Assembly (NCBI GenBank): GCA_017610265.1
Contig: JAFCCH010000016.1
Span: 1 to 62,641, forward strand
From: Nitrososphaerota archaeon
Lineage (GTDB): Archaea; Iainarchaeota; Iainarchaeia; Iainarchaeales; GCA-2688035
DNA length: 62,641 bases
Reading direction: 5' to 3'
Positions 9,692-17,831 of this stretch are shown here, piece after piece. Position 1 is the stretch's first letter. Each line of letters starts with the position of its first letter. The position numbers and the translations under genes are program-made. Below the pieces are notes generated by a model. That model had not been told where the DNA came from and searched no databases. It worked only from the letters and a program-made list of their open reading frames with translations.

Positions 9692-9887
9692 AAGAAGATG
9701 GAAGAAAAGCAAAAAAACCATCCAATAGTTATCTTAGTCAAATAGCCTCATACTGTTGCTTTAAGGGCACCACACGCCCAAATTCGATTTTTGCACTATA
9801 TCAAGTATTGTACCAAAACCTCTTTATAAAGCGGGAGCAGCAATAGGTATAGAGATTCAATCCTCCTATAATTGAATCACCCCCAAC

Positions 9888-9944
9888 GAAGGCAACCAGT
9901 TATTTTTATCAAAAATAATTCACCTCACTTTTTTGGTTGCCTTC
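9888..9944 (+). other. long hairpin (11-bp outer stem, 8-bp inner stem) followed by a T-run: terminator or small structured RNA
   Basis: GAAGGCAACCA 9888-9898 pairs with TGGTTGCCTTC 9934-9944. An inner palindrome TTATTTTT-atc-AAAAATAA lies at 9900-9918. A T-run follows at 9945-9954. Confidence 0.35.
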
Positions 9945-10008
9945 TCATTTTTTCTTTTTAAAACATTTTGGTATATCATTAAAGTACCTTAAAGGAGGTT
10001 TTTTTCAA

Positions 10009-10311
10009 ATGGCTTTTTGGGATTTTTTGAGGCCGCTTACAGACAATGTAATTGAGCTGGATTTCGCAACAAGAGTAATCGTTTTCCTGATTTCTTTGGG
10101 AATTCTTGGAATTGCTCTGCTGGCATATCAGAGAAGCAAAAGCAACCGCTTTCTGTTTGTCTCTGTCGCGTTCCTGCTGTTTGCTGTCAAGCTGGCTTTG
10201 AAGGTAATAGACCTTTACATTAGCCCAGGGGAATTTTTCCACAGGGCTGCAGAAAACATTTTCGAGCTTGCAATCTTGGTTAGCCTTGCGCTTGCCATTT
10301 TTAGGAAGTAA
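10009..10311 (+). CDS. small membrane protein
   Basis: SD AAAGGAGG at 9991-9998 and ATG at 10009. About 100 aa with hydrophobic helices. Confidence 0.55.
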   Translation: MAFWDFLRPLTDNVIELDFATRVIVFLISLGILGIALLAYQRSKSNRFLFVSVAFLLFAVKLALKVIDLYISPGEFFHRAAENIFELAILVSLALAIFRK

Positions 10312-10332
10312 GATTTTTCGAGGTTTGGTGTC

Positions 10333-10884
10333 ATGCAGGACGAACTCTTAAACGAAGCCCTGGCTTTGGGTGCAAGAAATAAGATTTACAAAGCAATAAC
10401 CAAGAGCCCAGGTTTGCATTTTAGAGAGTTGCAGAGAAGGACAAAAATTGCAACAGGAAGCCTGCAATACCACCTTGACTTTTTAATGAAGCGGCATTTG
10501 GTGCGCTCTGAGAAAAAAGGCAAGTTTGTAAGGTATTACTCTGTAAGGGATGCTCATTCTGAAGAGGACTCAAGCACAATTGGTCTTTTGAGGCAACCTA
10601 GCCTTAGAAAAATAATTCTTTTCCTTTTGACAAAGAAAAGAGCTAATAATGAGAAAATTGCTGTAGCAGTTGACCTAAGTCCCAGTACTGTTAGTTGGCA
10701 TATGACCAAGCTTGTGCAGGGAAATCTTGTTGAGAAAAGGCGGGTTGGAAGAAAGACCTTTTTCTACATTGTTGAAGCAGACAGAATTGCAGCTTTACTG
10801 AAAACCTATAAGAAAAGCTTTTTGGACGAAATGGTTGACAGCTTTGTTGAAATTTGGGACGAAATGCAGATTCCTCAAAAGTAG
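10333..10884 (+). CDS. transcriptional regulator with two winged-HTH (ArsR-like) domains
   Basis: There are two similar modules. The first is LHFRELQRRTKIATGSLQYHLDFLMKRHLV. The second is NNEKIAVAVDLSPSTVSWHMTKLVQGNLVEK. Confidence 0.7.
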   Translation: MQDELLNEALALGARNKIYKAITKSPGLHFRELQRRTKIATGSLQYHLDFLMKRHLVRSEKKGKFVRYYSVRDAHSEEDSSTIGLLRQPSLRKIILFLLTKKRANNEKIAVAVDLSPSTVSWHMTKLVQGNLVEKRRVGRKTFFYIVEADRIAALLKTYKKSFLDEMVDSFVEIWDEMQIPQK

Positions 10885-10963
10885 CCGTCACGTCTGGCTG
10901 ATGCAAATGCTATCTTCGCTCCTTACAGTCGCTCGATGACATAAGCTCGCTAACGCTTGCTTT

Positions 10964-11272
10964 TTACAGCATTCCAACAGCTATAACAAAGCCAAGTAAT
11001 CCAATTAGAATGTCTCTTGCCTTGTTCAAAGGAGTTTCCCTAAAGGCGTGCCATCTCTTGTTTACAAGAATCATTTCCAAAACTTCCCATCCAATGATTA
11101 GGCCTATTGCCGTTGCCCAGTCTGTAACAAATGCCCCAAGTGTAAGGCCTCCCAAGAAATGAGTTATAGTATCAATGGTTGGCCTGCTGTAATACCATCC
11201 CTTTGTATGGGCAACCAGGTGGGCTGCCAGAAAAACAATTAGAATTAAGAACTTTCCAAACAGGGTAGGCAT
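10964..11272 (-). CDS. small membrane protein
   Basis: 102 aa, three hydrophobic segments. The recurrent motif lies 32 nt upstream of its start. Confidence 0.55.
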   Translation of the reverse strand: MPTLFGKFLILIVFLAAHLVAHTKGWYYSRPTIDTITHFLGGLTLGAFVTDWATAIGLIIGWEVLEMILVNKRWHAFRETPLNKARDILIGLLGFVIAVGML

Positions 11273-11304
11273 AATAGAATTAGTGCCTTTCTGCTTTAAA
11301 AAAC

Positions 11305-11323
11305 TCTCATCACCTCCAATAAA
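11305..11323 (-). promoter_or_regulatory. recurrent motif copy: TTTTATTGGAGGTGATGAG
   Basis: Member of the TTATTGGnnnTGATGAG family. It lies 32 nt upstream of ATG 11272. Confidence 0.4.
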
Positions 11324-11384
11324 ACGAATTTTTTCTTAGAAGAAAGTAATAAGGTTGGGAATTCAAAAAGGCATTAATAAATCA

Positions 11385-11459
11385 TGGATGAGCCAGGATT
11401 TGAACCTGGGACCTCTCGATTATCAGTCGAGTGCACTAACCAAACTGTGCTACTCATCC
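11385..11459 (-). tRNA. tRNA-Ile (anticodon GAU)
   Basis: Cloverleaf by hand: acceptor GGATGAG/CTCATCC, D stem GCAC/GTGC, anticodon arm CTCGA-CTGATAA-TCGAG, T arm CCAGG-TTCAAAT-CCTGG, discriminator A. No encoded CCA. Confidence 0.9.
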
Positions 11460-11527
11460 GTTAAGTAACATAATTTAGAATTGGGAACTAATTTAAAGCT
11501 ATTTACCCACTAATTTTTCTAAGTAAT

Positions 11528-11600
11528 AGCCCCATCGTCTAGTGGCCAAGGATACAGGCCTTTGGAGCCTGGGACCTGAGTTCGAATCTCAGTGGGGCTA
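11528..11600 (+). tRNA. tRNA-Gln (anticodon UUG)
   Basis: Acceptor AGCCCCA/TGGGGCT, anticodon arm CAGGC-CTTTGGA-GCCTG, T arm CTGAG-TTCGAAT-CTCAG, discriminator A. Confidence 0.9.
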
Positions 11601-11755
11601 TTTTTTACTTATTCGAAACAATAAAATAGGTTAATCCTCTTTCCAAAAACTAATATCTATTAAAAAAGAGCCCTATTTTCATAGCTATTAAAAAAGAAAC
11701 TTGTTTCAGTAAGAAATAAATAAACAAAAGCTCTTCTTGAATAGGGAAAATTGAC

Positions 11756-12316
11756 ATGACAGTGACAATCAAAAAGAACGTTGACGTGCAGGCAACACTT
11801 GAAGCAAAGCAATTCAAGTATCAGGTTAAGCGAGATTTGTCTGGAGCCGTGCAGTTTGAAAACATGGCAAGTCCTAATGGTGCAGAAGCAACAGCAAATA
11901 ATTTCGGCGGTGGAACTGATACAGCTACAAGAACAATTGCTTCAAATAATGGTTGGAATTTTATAAAACTGCCAAAGGTTCAGCTTTATTTAGTTGCTTT
12001 GGCGGTAGGATCATCGCCTGTGTCGGCTTCAGGTAGTGCAGCTGCTTATTGGCAAATAAACGGAGTTACAAAAGTTTCAACAGGCGGAAGTATTAGTTGT
12101 TCTTCTACTGGCTCATCATCATGCTTTGCCATGGACACAATAACTGTAACACCTGCACCTGTAGGTATTACTTCAGCACAAGTTGCTCCAAACATCCTAA
12201 CAAATAAAGCATTTGCAAGCCTAATAACAGGAACGGGTGTTTATTATCTTATCGGAGCAACAGCTAATGACATTGTAGCCGGACAAAAGAATCAAAAAGT
12301 TACAATAATGAAGTAG
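11756..12316 (+). CDS. orphan Ser/Thr/Gly/Ala-rich protein (no signal peptide, no TM)
   Basis: 186-aa ORF. It is the only gene between the tRNA-Gln 3' end and its 17-nt duplicate. No motif recognised. Confidence 0.55.
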   Translation: MTVTIKKNVDVQATLEAKQFKYQVKRDLSGAVQFENMASPNGAEATANNFGGGTDTATRTIASNNGWNFIKLPKVQLYLVALAVGSSPVSASGSAAAYWQINGVTKVSTGGSISCSSTGSSSCFAMDTITVTPAPVGITSAQVAPNILTNKAFASLITGTGVYYLIGATANDIVAGQKNQKVTIMK

Positions 12317-12430
12317 GCTTCTTTTCCTAAATTGGTTTGAAATCCCAACCGCTTAAACGAGCAGTAGAAGCCGTTTTAAAGATTGAGCAACCATAGTAAA
12401 TGTAAGGGCTAATTAGTTTGACTGCATAGC

Positions 12431-12447
12431 CTCAGTGGGGCTATTTT
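12431..12447 (+). repeat. exact 17-nt copy of the tRNA-Gln 3' end (att-like)
   Basis: CTCAGTGGGGCTATTTT is identical to 11588-11604. Confidence 0.8.
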
Positions 12448-12492
12448 CCTTTTTTTAAGTGGTTTTAAATACCTGCAGAACAGTATTTGTTT

Positions 12493-13059
12493 ATGGTTGT
12501 TAGGGGAAGAAAGCGAAGAACTGCCAATTTTAGGGAAAGGGCAAAGGCATTTGTTGCAGATGCTGAAAAGGGAAAGGGTTCAAGGCTTGCAATAAGGGAC
12601 AAAAAGGGACTGGATATTGGAACAGGCAAGCACAAAAGGCTTGTTTTGAAGAAAAGCATTGGACATGTAAGGCGTGCCAAAATTGATCAGGCTCGCTTTA
12701 TTAAATTCCTAAAAGACAGCAAAATTGAGCCAAAAAACTATTCCCTTGTAAAAGTTGCATCTCATTCAATGTTCGGAGTCCAAGAATACTTTCACAGGCC
12801 ATCCCTTTACTCCCTCAGCCTTTTTTTGGAGGGCAAAGGCAAAAAACTTGGCTTTTTGGAGGGCAAGCAGGATGCCCTTTTATGCAAGCAGTTTTTGGGA
12901 AAGCACAAAGACCTCAAGCACGCCGATGTAATGCGCGCAAGCAATGAATTGTTTAGGCATTTAAGGCAGGCAAACATTCTTTTCCAGATTGAGGCAAACA
13001 TTATTGTTGTTGGCAGGGCAAGGGATGGAAAGTTAAGGCTTGCAATGGTTGACGTTTAA
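12493..13059 (+). CDS. hypothetical basic protein
   Basis: ATG 12493; N-terminus RGRKRRTANFRERAK. No motif recognised. Confidence 0.5.
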   Translation: MVVRGRKRRTANFRERAKAFVADAEKGKGSRLAIRDKKGLDIGTGKHKRLVLKKSIGHVRRAKIDQARFIKFLKDSKIEPKNYSLVKVASHSMFGVQEYFHRPSLYSLSLFLEGKGKKLGFLEGKQDALLCKQFLGKHKDLKHADVMRASNELFRHLRQANILFQIEANIIVVGRARDGKLRLAMVDV

Positions 13060-13097
13060 CCAAAAGCTTTTTTTACTTCAATTTCCTTATTGTGCTA

Positions 13098-13688
13098 ATG
13101 TTTTTCAAATGGCTCGATTTTCAAAAGCCAAACATGGCTATTGCAAAGGCAAGTATTATTGCATTTGTTCTTGCTTCTTTTCCTGTTCCAATTCTTGAAT
13201 TTTTTTTTGGAAAGTACACTATTTTTGGAAAGCCCTGGGTTTACATCGGAGTCGGCTTCCACGAAATAGGGCATTTTCTTGCACACCTAATAACTGAGCC
13301 AATTCTTCTTGCAACAGGATTTCTTGGATTCCTTGCAATTCCCATAAACTATCTTGGAGGCTTTCTTTTCAACGGCTTTGCAGGCATTGTATTGCTTGTT
13401 GTCTCACTTTTTTTCCAATCAAGAATTGCAGAGGGAAGGCTCAGCAAGCAAAGCAGGCCAATGGCCTTTTCTTTTCTCTTTATTGCATATATCAACGTTT
13501 TCCTTGTGCCCTATACTTTAACCCATTTACAGCATGTTGTAGGCAATGGCGCTGACTTTACAATGGCCTCGTCCCTTCTGGGAATGACTCTTGACCAGCT
13601 TCTTGCATGGATGTGGGCAGTTAACTGGATTGTGCTTGTTCTTACCCTTTTGCTGAACATTTTCTTTATTTTCAGAAAAAGAGGATAG
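13098..13688 (+). CDS. polytopic membrane protein with HExxH motif (putative membrane zincin, DUF3267-like)
   Basis: GVGFHEIGHFLAHL sits inside a hydrophobic helix. Multiple TM segments. Confidence 0.5.
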   Translation: MFFKWLDFQKPNMAIAKASIIAFVLASFPVPILEFFFGKYTIFGKPWVYIGVGFHEIGHFLAHLITEPILLATGFLGFLAIPINYLGGFLFNGFAGIVLLVVSLFFQSRIAEGRLSKQSRPMAFSFLFIAYINVFLVPYTLTHLQHVVGNGADFTMASSLLGMTLDQLLAWMWAVNWIVLVLTLLLNIFFIFRKRG

Positions 13689-13720
13689 CCTTTTTATAGT
13701 TTTTTTACCTATGTAGTTGC

Positions 13721-13909
13721 ATGGGACTTCTTGACAAGTTAAAGGGGAAAGAGAAAAAGAAGGAAGAGGAAGAGCCTCAACCTGAAGGCAAGTATTCTGA
13801 AGCATGTTCTCTTTGCGGCAATCTAGGCACTGAAAAAAAGTGGATGGGTCAATTCTGGCACAAGAAATGCCTCAGAACTTTAAAAAAATCTGGGCGAAAG
13901 ATGATCTAA
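13721..13909 (+). CDS. small Cys/His zinc-finger-like protein
   Basis: 62 aa with an acidic/Lys-rich N-terminus, then CSLCGN..(x14)..HKKC. Confidence 0.45.
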   Translation: MGLLDKLKGKEKKKEEEEPQPEGKYSEACSLCGNLGTEKKWMGQFWHKKCLRTLKKSGRKMI

Positions 13910-14146
13910 TTTTTTTCTTAAAACCCTCCTCGCTTTTAATTCTGAATTTTTTCTTGGAACTCTGCTTTTTTTGGCTTAACCTTTGCCTTCATTTTATTAA
14001 TGCATGCTTTTTGATTGGAAGAGCATAAGTTTTATACTTATTATAGAGGCTTTTGCCTTGGTATAACTTTTGGATAGTGTTTTCTTCGATTAGTGGAAAT
14101 CTTGACTATACAAAACAATTTAAAAAGAAAAAAACAAGATACAGTT

Positions 14147-15328
14147 ATGGAGGGAATCATTGTTGATGAAGAAACATTCCTTGCTTCATTTGGTGAATAC
14201 AATTACAGAATATCAAAGAATTATCTTGCCGCCTGTGAATTGAATAAACAAATCAAAAATTTTTCTGAAATAGCAAGACAACTTAACTGCTCGCCAAAAA
14301 CAGTTTGTGAATGGCTTCAAGGAAGACAAACGCCTATAGCTATTAGATCATTTAATTTTCTCAAATCAATAAAGTTAATGCCTTTAAAAGAAAGTTTTTT
14401 CAGCGAGTTTATTTTATTTACTGACTTGGCTGCTTTCTTATTTGGTGATGGGCATTTAAGTAAACAATTGGGATCGCTTATTTTTTATGGTCAAAAATCA
14501 GATTTGAAAAATATTTCTATGTCGTTAAATAAGCTTTATGGCATTAACTCCAAGTTAGTTTATCATACTGCAAATTCAACAATAACAAAAATAAAAAACG
14601 GTTGCATAATAAAATCCAATCCTTTGGGTTTTTGTTGGCAGTTATATGTAAATAACAGTGCTCTCGCAAGATTGTTTTATTTAGCTGGCATCCCTGCTGG
14701 TGATAAAGTTTCCATTTCAACAAGAGTTCCTGAATGGGTTATGAATGGCAATAAAGATACAAAGCGTGCTTTCCTGAGCGTTCTTTTTGGGAATGAATTA
14801 CAGTGCCCCCGTCTTAGAGCAAAGAATGCATTTTCTTCTCCTCAGTTTGCTTTGCATAAGATTGAACAGAAAGAAAAAGATTTGCGAATTTTTTTGTCCC
14901 AACTTAAAAATCTGCTTAAAGAATTTGAGATTTCTAGTTCTCCTATTTCTTCAGAAAAATGTCGAACTATTAAAAAAAGTGGAGCGCGTTCAATGAAACT
15001 TTATTTTTCTATAAATTCACGCGCTCCAAACGTCCTTTGTTTATTCAAAGAGCTTCCATTCAAATACGCTGAAAAAAAACAAACAAAATTTGCAAATTCT
15101 GTTGAAACATTTTTACAAAAATCCGCTTGGTTGAAACAAGAATGGGACTTATATAAAAAAGTAATAAAGTTGCACGATGGTGGATTGGGGCGAAGAACAA
15201 TTTTCAAGAAACTGCAGTTACCTAAGAAATATTTTTACAAAATAAACGCTTGGATTCACTATGGGCAAAAACCATTGTACTATGGCGAAAATGTCTTCTT
15301 GCAGATGCTTGTAAAGACACTGGTTTGA
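14147..15328 (+). CDS. free-standing LAGLIDADG-type homing endonuclease-like protein with N-terminal HTH
   Basis: LAAFLFGDGHLSK is motif 1 and AFLSVLFGNELQ is a degenerate motif 2. An N-terminal HTH is present (IARQLNCSPKTVCEWLQG). There is no flanking host (extein or intron) context. Confidence 0.65.
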   Translation: MEGIIVDEETFLASFGEYNYRISKNYLAACELNKQIKNFSEIARQLNCSPKTVCEWLQGRQTPIAIRSFNFLKSIKLMPLKESFFSEFILFTDLAAFLFGDGHLSKQLGSLIFYGQKSDLKNISMSLNKLYGINSKLVYHTANSTITKIKNGCIIKSNPLGFCWQLYVNNSALARLFYLAGIPAGDKVSISTRVPEWVMNGNKDTKRAFLSVLFGNELQCPRLRAKNAFSSPQFALHKIEQKEKDLRIFLSQLKNLLKEFEISSSPISSEKCRTIKKSGARSMKLYFSINSRAPNVLCLFKELPFKYAEKKQTKFANSVETFLQKSAWLKQEWDLYKKVIKLHDGGLGRRTIFKKLQLPKKYFYKINAWIHYGQKPLYYGENVFLQMLVKTLV

Positions 15329-15417
15329 TTACTATTTTCTTCTTTTTTTTGAGAAGTTGCCCTATTTTTTGCTTGTATTATCTTTAGAAATCTGATATTT
15401 GCTATTTTCATTTACTG

Positions 15418-16701
15418 TTAGATAAGCACAAGTTGCAGGTCCATTACATTTGTTCCTGTTGAGCCAGTAACAATTTCTCCTCTAACTTTTCTAAAAAAAC
15501 TGTTTGAATCATTTCTTTTCAAAAACTTTTTCCAGTCTTTTCTTTTTCCAAGTGTTTTTGAATCGGCAATTGCGCCTGCAGCTTTGCTGTTGCCGTCAAC
15601 TCCGTCGCTTCCAATTGAAACAAAAATAGTTTTTTCAGATTTTGCAAGTTCTTTGAGGTTTGCAAGAACCATTTCCTGGTTTCTTCCGCCAATACCTTTT
15701 CCTTTGAGATTGACAATTGTTTCCCCTCCTGCGATAAGTGCAAAAGGCCTCTTTTTTGCCCTAATTTTTGAAACAAGTTTTTTCCCTGCATTTCCTGCCT
15801 CTCCTCCAAGGGAGTTGCTGTAAATTTCTGCCCTGAATCCAAGCGATTTTGCCTTTTCCTTCATTGCCTTCAATGCAACTTTGTTGTTTAGCAAAATCCT
15901 GTTTTTTGCCTTTTTGAAAATAATGTTTCCTGGCTTTGGGGTTTCGGCAACTTTTCCTTTCATGCCCTTTGAAAGTCTTTCCCTTACATCCTTTGAAACC
16001 TTGTTCCACAATCTGTATTTCTTCAACACTGTGCCTGCCTGCCTGAAACTGCTTTTGTCTCCCGCTGTTGGTCCTGAGGAAATTGTTGAAAGCTTGTCTC
16101 CCACAACATCTGAAACAATGAGGGAATAAAGCCTTGCTGGATAAATTGTCTGCATTAACAGGCCGCCCTTAACCCTGCTCAAATGCTTTCTTACAATATT
16201 TATTTCCTCAATGCTTGCTTTTGATCCCACAAGCAGCTTGTTTGTTTTTGCCAAAGAGCCCAAGCTAATACCTCTTGCAGGCAGTGCAAGCAAGGAAGAA
16301 CCGCCTCCGCTTTCAAGCACAATAACCAGGTCTTTTTTCCCTGCCTTTTCTGCAATTGACAGAATCTTCTTTGTTGCAACAATGTTTTTTTTGGAGGGAA
16401 AAGGATGGCTTCCAACAAAACTTCTAATTCTTTTTGTTTTTGCCTTTTGCAAGCCTATAACAAGACCTTTCTTAATTTTCCTGCCCAGCCTTTTTTCAAG
16501 GGCTTCTGCCATGGAGGCTGAGGCCTTTCCAAAGCCTATTACATAAACGTTTTCAAATTGGTTTAGGGAAGGAAGCATTGCTTTCTTAACTGCTTTCGAG
16601 ACATCGGCTGCTTTTAGCCCTGCTTCAATTATCTGCAGTGCTTTTCTTGCATCATTTGGAAAAGTCGATTTTTTAATCAGTAATGCGTTGTTTTTAATCA
16701 T
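15418..16701 (-). CDS. glycerate 2-kinase (MOFRL / DUF4147 family)
   Basis: VIGFGKASASMA, ESGGGSSLL, KHLSRVKGG, IAGGETIV..KGKGIGGRNQE and SDGVDG blocks. Confidence 0.85.
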   Translation of the reverse strand: MIKNNALLIKKSTFPNDARKALQIIEAGLKAADVSKAVKKAMLPSLNQFENVYVIGFGKASASMAEALEKRLGRKIKKGLVIGLQKAKTKRIRSFVGSHPFPSKKNIVATKKILSIAEKAGKKDLVIVLESGGGSSLLALPARGISLGSLAKTNKLLVGSKASIEEINIVRKHLSRVKGGLLMQTIYPARLYSLIVSDVVGDKLSTISSGPTAGDKSSFRQAGTVLKKYRLWNKVSKDVRERLSKGMKGKVAETPKPGNIIFKKAKNRILLNNKVALKAMKEKAKSLGFRAEIYSNSLGGEAGNAGKKLVSKIRAKKRPFALIAGGETIVNLKGKGIGGRNQEMVLANLKELAKSEKTIFVSIGSDGVDGNSKAAGAIADSKTLGKRKDWKKFLKRNDSNSFFRKVRGEIVTGSTGTNVMDLQLVLI

Positions 16702-16764
16702 TAAACAAAAGAAGACTTTGATTTTTTTAATTCTTTCATTTCTCTATTTTGACTTTTTTTGAAC

Positions 16765-17775
16765 TTATTTTTTCTTCAATTCTTTTTTTAGATATCTAAT
16801 TGATGGAACTGGTTCTGGGTCAACCTTGTTAAGCAGTGCAAGGTAATAGGATGTTAGTGCTGCAAGTTGCAGTGTGTAAAATGTTGTTGCCATTAAACTT
16901 TTTCCCTTCAGGTTTATTTCTGTAAGATTGTAGTGCTTGCCCATAATTTTTTTGAGTGTCTTGAACCTTTTTGTTACACGCTTGTGTTCTCCACCATGTC
17001 TTAACAAAAGAATTTCGCAGTCCTTTCTTTTCAGGCCAAAACTTGCGCTTATCTCATTGTGGTTTTGTTCTGGAAGGAAATGGCTTAATGCAAATTGTTT
17101 TGCGTTCTCGTTTATTTCTGTTCTAAACCTGTAAGCAATTGTTGCAAGCTCTTCCGGGGCATAAATTATTGGCAGCTTGTCCTTCAATTTCAGGGCAAGC
17201 TTTTTTGCAAGCTCTTCAATTTGCCTTTCTTCTTTTTTTAAAATAAATACTGCTTCGTTGAATTCCTTGCTTTTGTTTTTAATTAGTCCCATTTTTTGCA
17301 GTACAACCAGCATCGGCAGACTAAGGTATGAAATTGCCATTCTTGGCTGTGGGCTGCTTTTTGGAATAATTACAAGATTTGGCTTGGCCATTTTGGCAAG
17401 CTTTCCGCCTGTTGTAATTGAAACAACGTAGGCTCCTTTTTTCTTTGCCTGCTTGAAGCAATTGAGGGTTTCCTCTGTATTGCCTGAAAAAGAGTTGCAG
17501 AAAACAAGGGTGTTTTTGTCAACATATGCGGGCAAATCATAGGAGTTATAGACCTCAAAGGGCACTTTTAGCTCGTCTTTTAGCATATTCTTCAATAAGG
17601 CTGCTCCAACCCCTGATCCTCCCATGCCACAGGCGACTATTTTGCTGATTTTTTTCTTTTTTGGACTGAATTGCTTGCCCCTATAAACAGATTCAACTAC
17701 CTGGTCTGGAAATTTTCTAATCCAGGAAACAACGTGTTTTTTGTCATATTTTTCTCCAAGCTTATTCCAGTTCAT
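16765..17775 (-). CDS. bifunctional phosphoglucose/phosphomannose isomerase (SIS domain)
   Basis: ACGMGGSGVGAALL and SFSGNTEETL. About 330 aa, the archaeal PGI/PMI size. Confidence 0.8.
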   Translation of the reverse strand: MNWNKLGEKYDKKHVVSWIRKFPDQVVESVYRGKQFSPKKKKISKIVACGMGGSGVGAALLKNMLKDELKVPFEVYNSYDLPAYVDKNTLVFCNSFSGNTEETLNCFKQAKKKGAYVVSITTGGKLAKMAKPNLVIIPKSSPQPRMAISYLSLPMLVVLQKMGLIKNKSKEFNEAVFILKKEERQIEELAKKLALKLKDKLPIIYAPEELATIAYRFRTEINENAKQFALSHFLPEQNHNEISASFGLKRKDCEILLLRHGGEHKRVTKRFKTLKKIMGKHYNLTEINLKGKSLMATTFYTLQLAALTSYYLALLNKVDPEPVPSIRYLKKELKKK

Positions 17776-17831
17776 AGCAGATATTAGGACTCGTTTGTGG
17801 AATAAATAGTTATTGGTTCAAAAATTGCTTC

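Noticed and set aside
9829-9850. An SRP-RNA-like GGGAGCAGCAA element.
   Set aside because: There is only a short resemblance to the domain IV AGCAGC motif. No flanking helix 8 hairpin or GNAR loop could be folded.
12331-12350. A T-arm-like ATTGGTTTGAAATCCCAACC, considered as a pseudo-tRNA fragment inside the tRNA-Gln-bracketed insert.
   Set aside because: The stem is only 4 bp with a 9-nt loop, and no acceptor or anticodon arm could be built around it.
11601-15328. The whole orphan block after tRNA-Gln considered as a provirus or integrated plasmid.
   Set aside because: No integrase, replication initiator, capsid or terminase motif could be recognised, and only the 843-bp segment is bracketed by repeats. 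I kept it as a possibility inside the tRNA-Gln finding, not as a feature.
14147-15328. The LAGLIDADG ORFs considered as inteins or intron-encoded endonucleases.
   Set aside because: There are no Hint/splicing blocks and no interrupted host gene or rRNA/tRNA intron context. They are free-standing.
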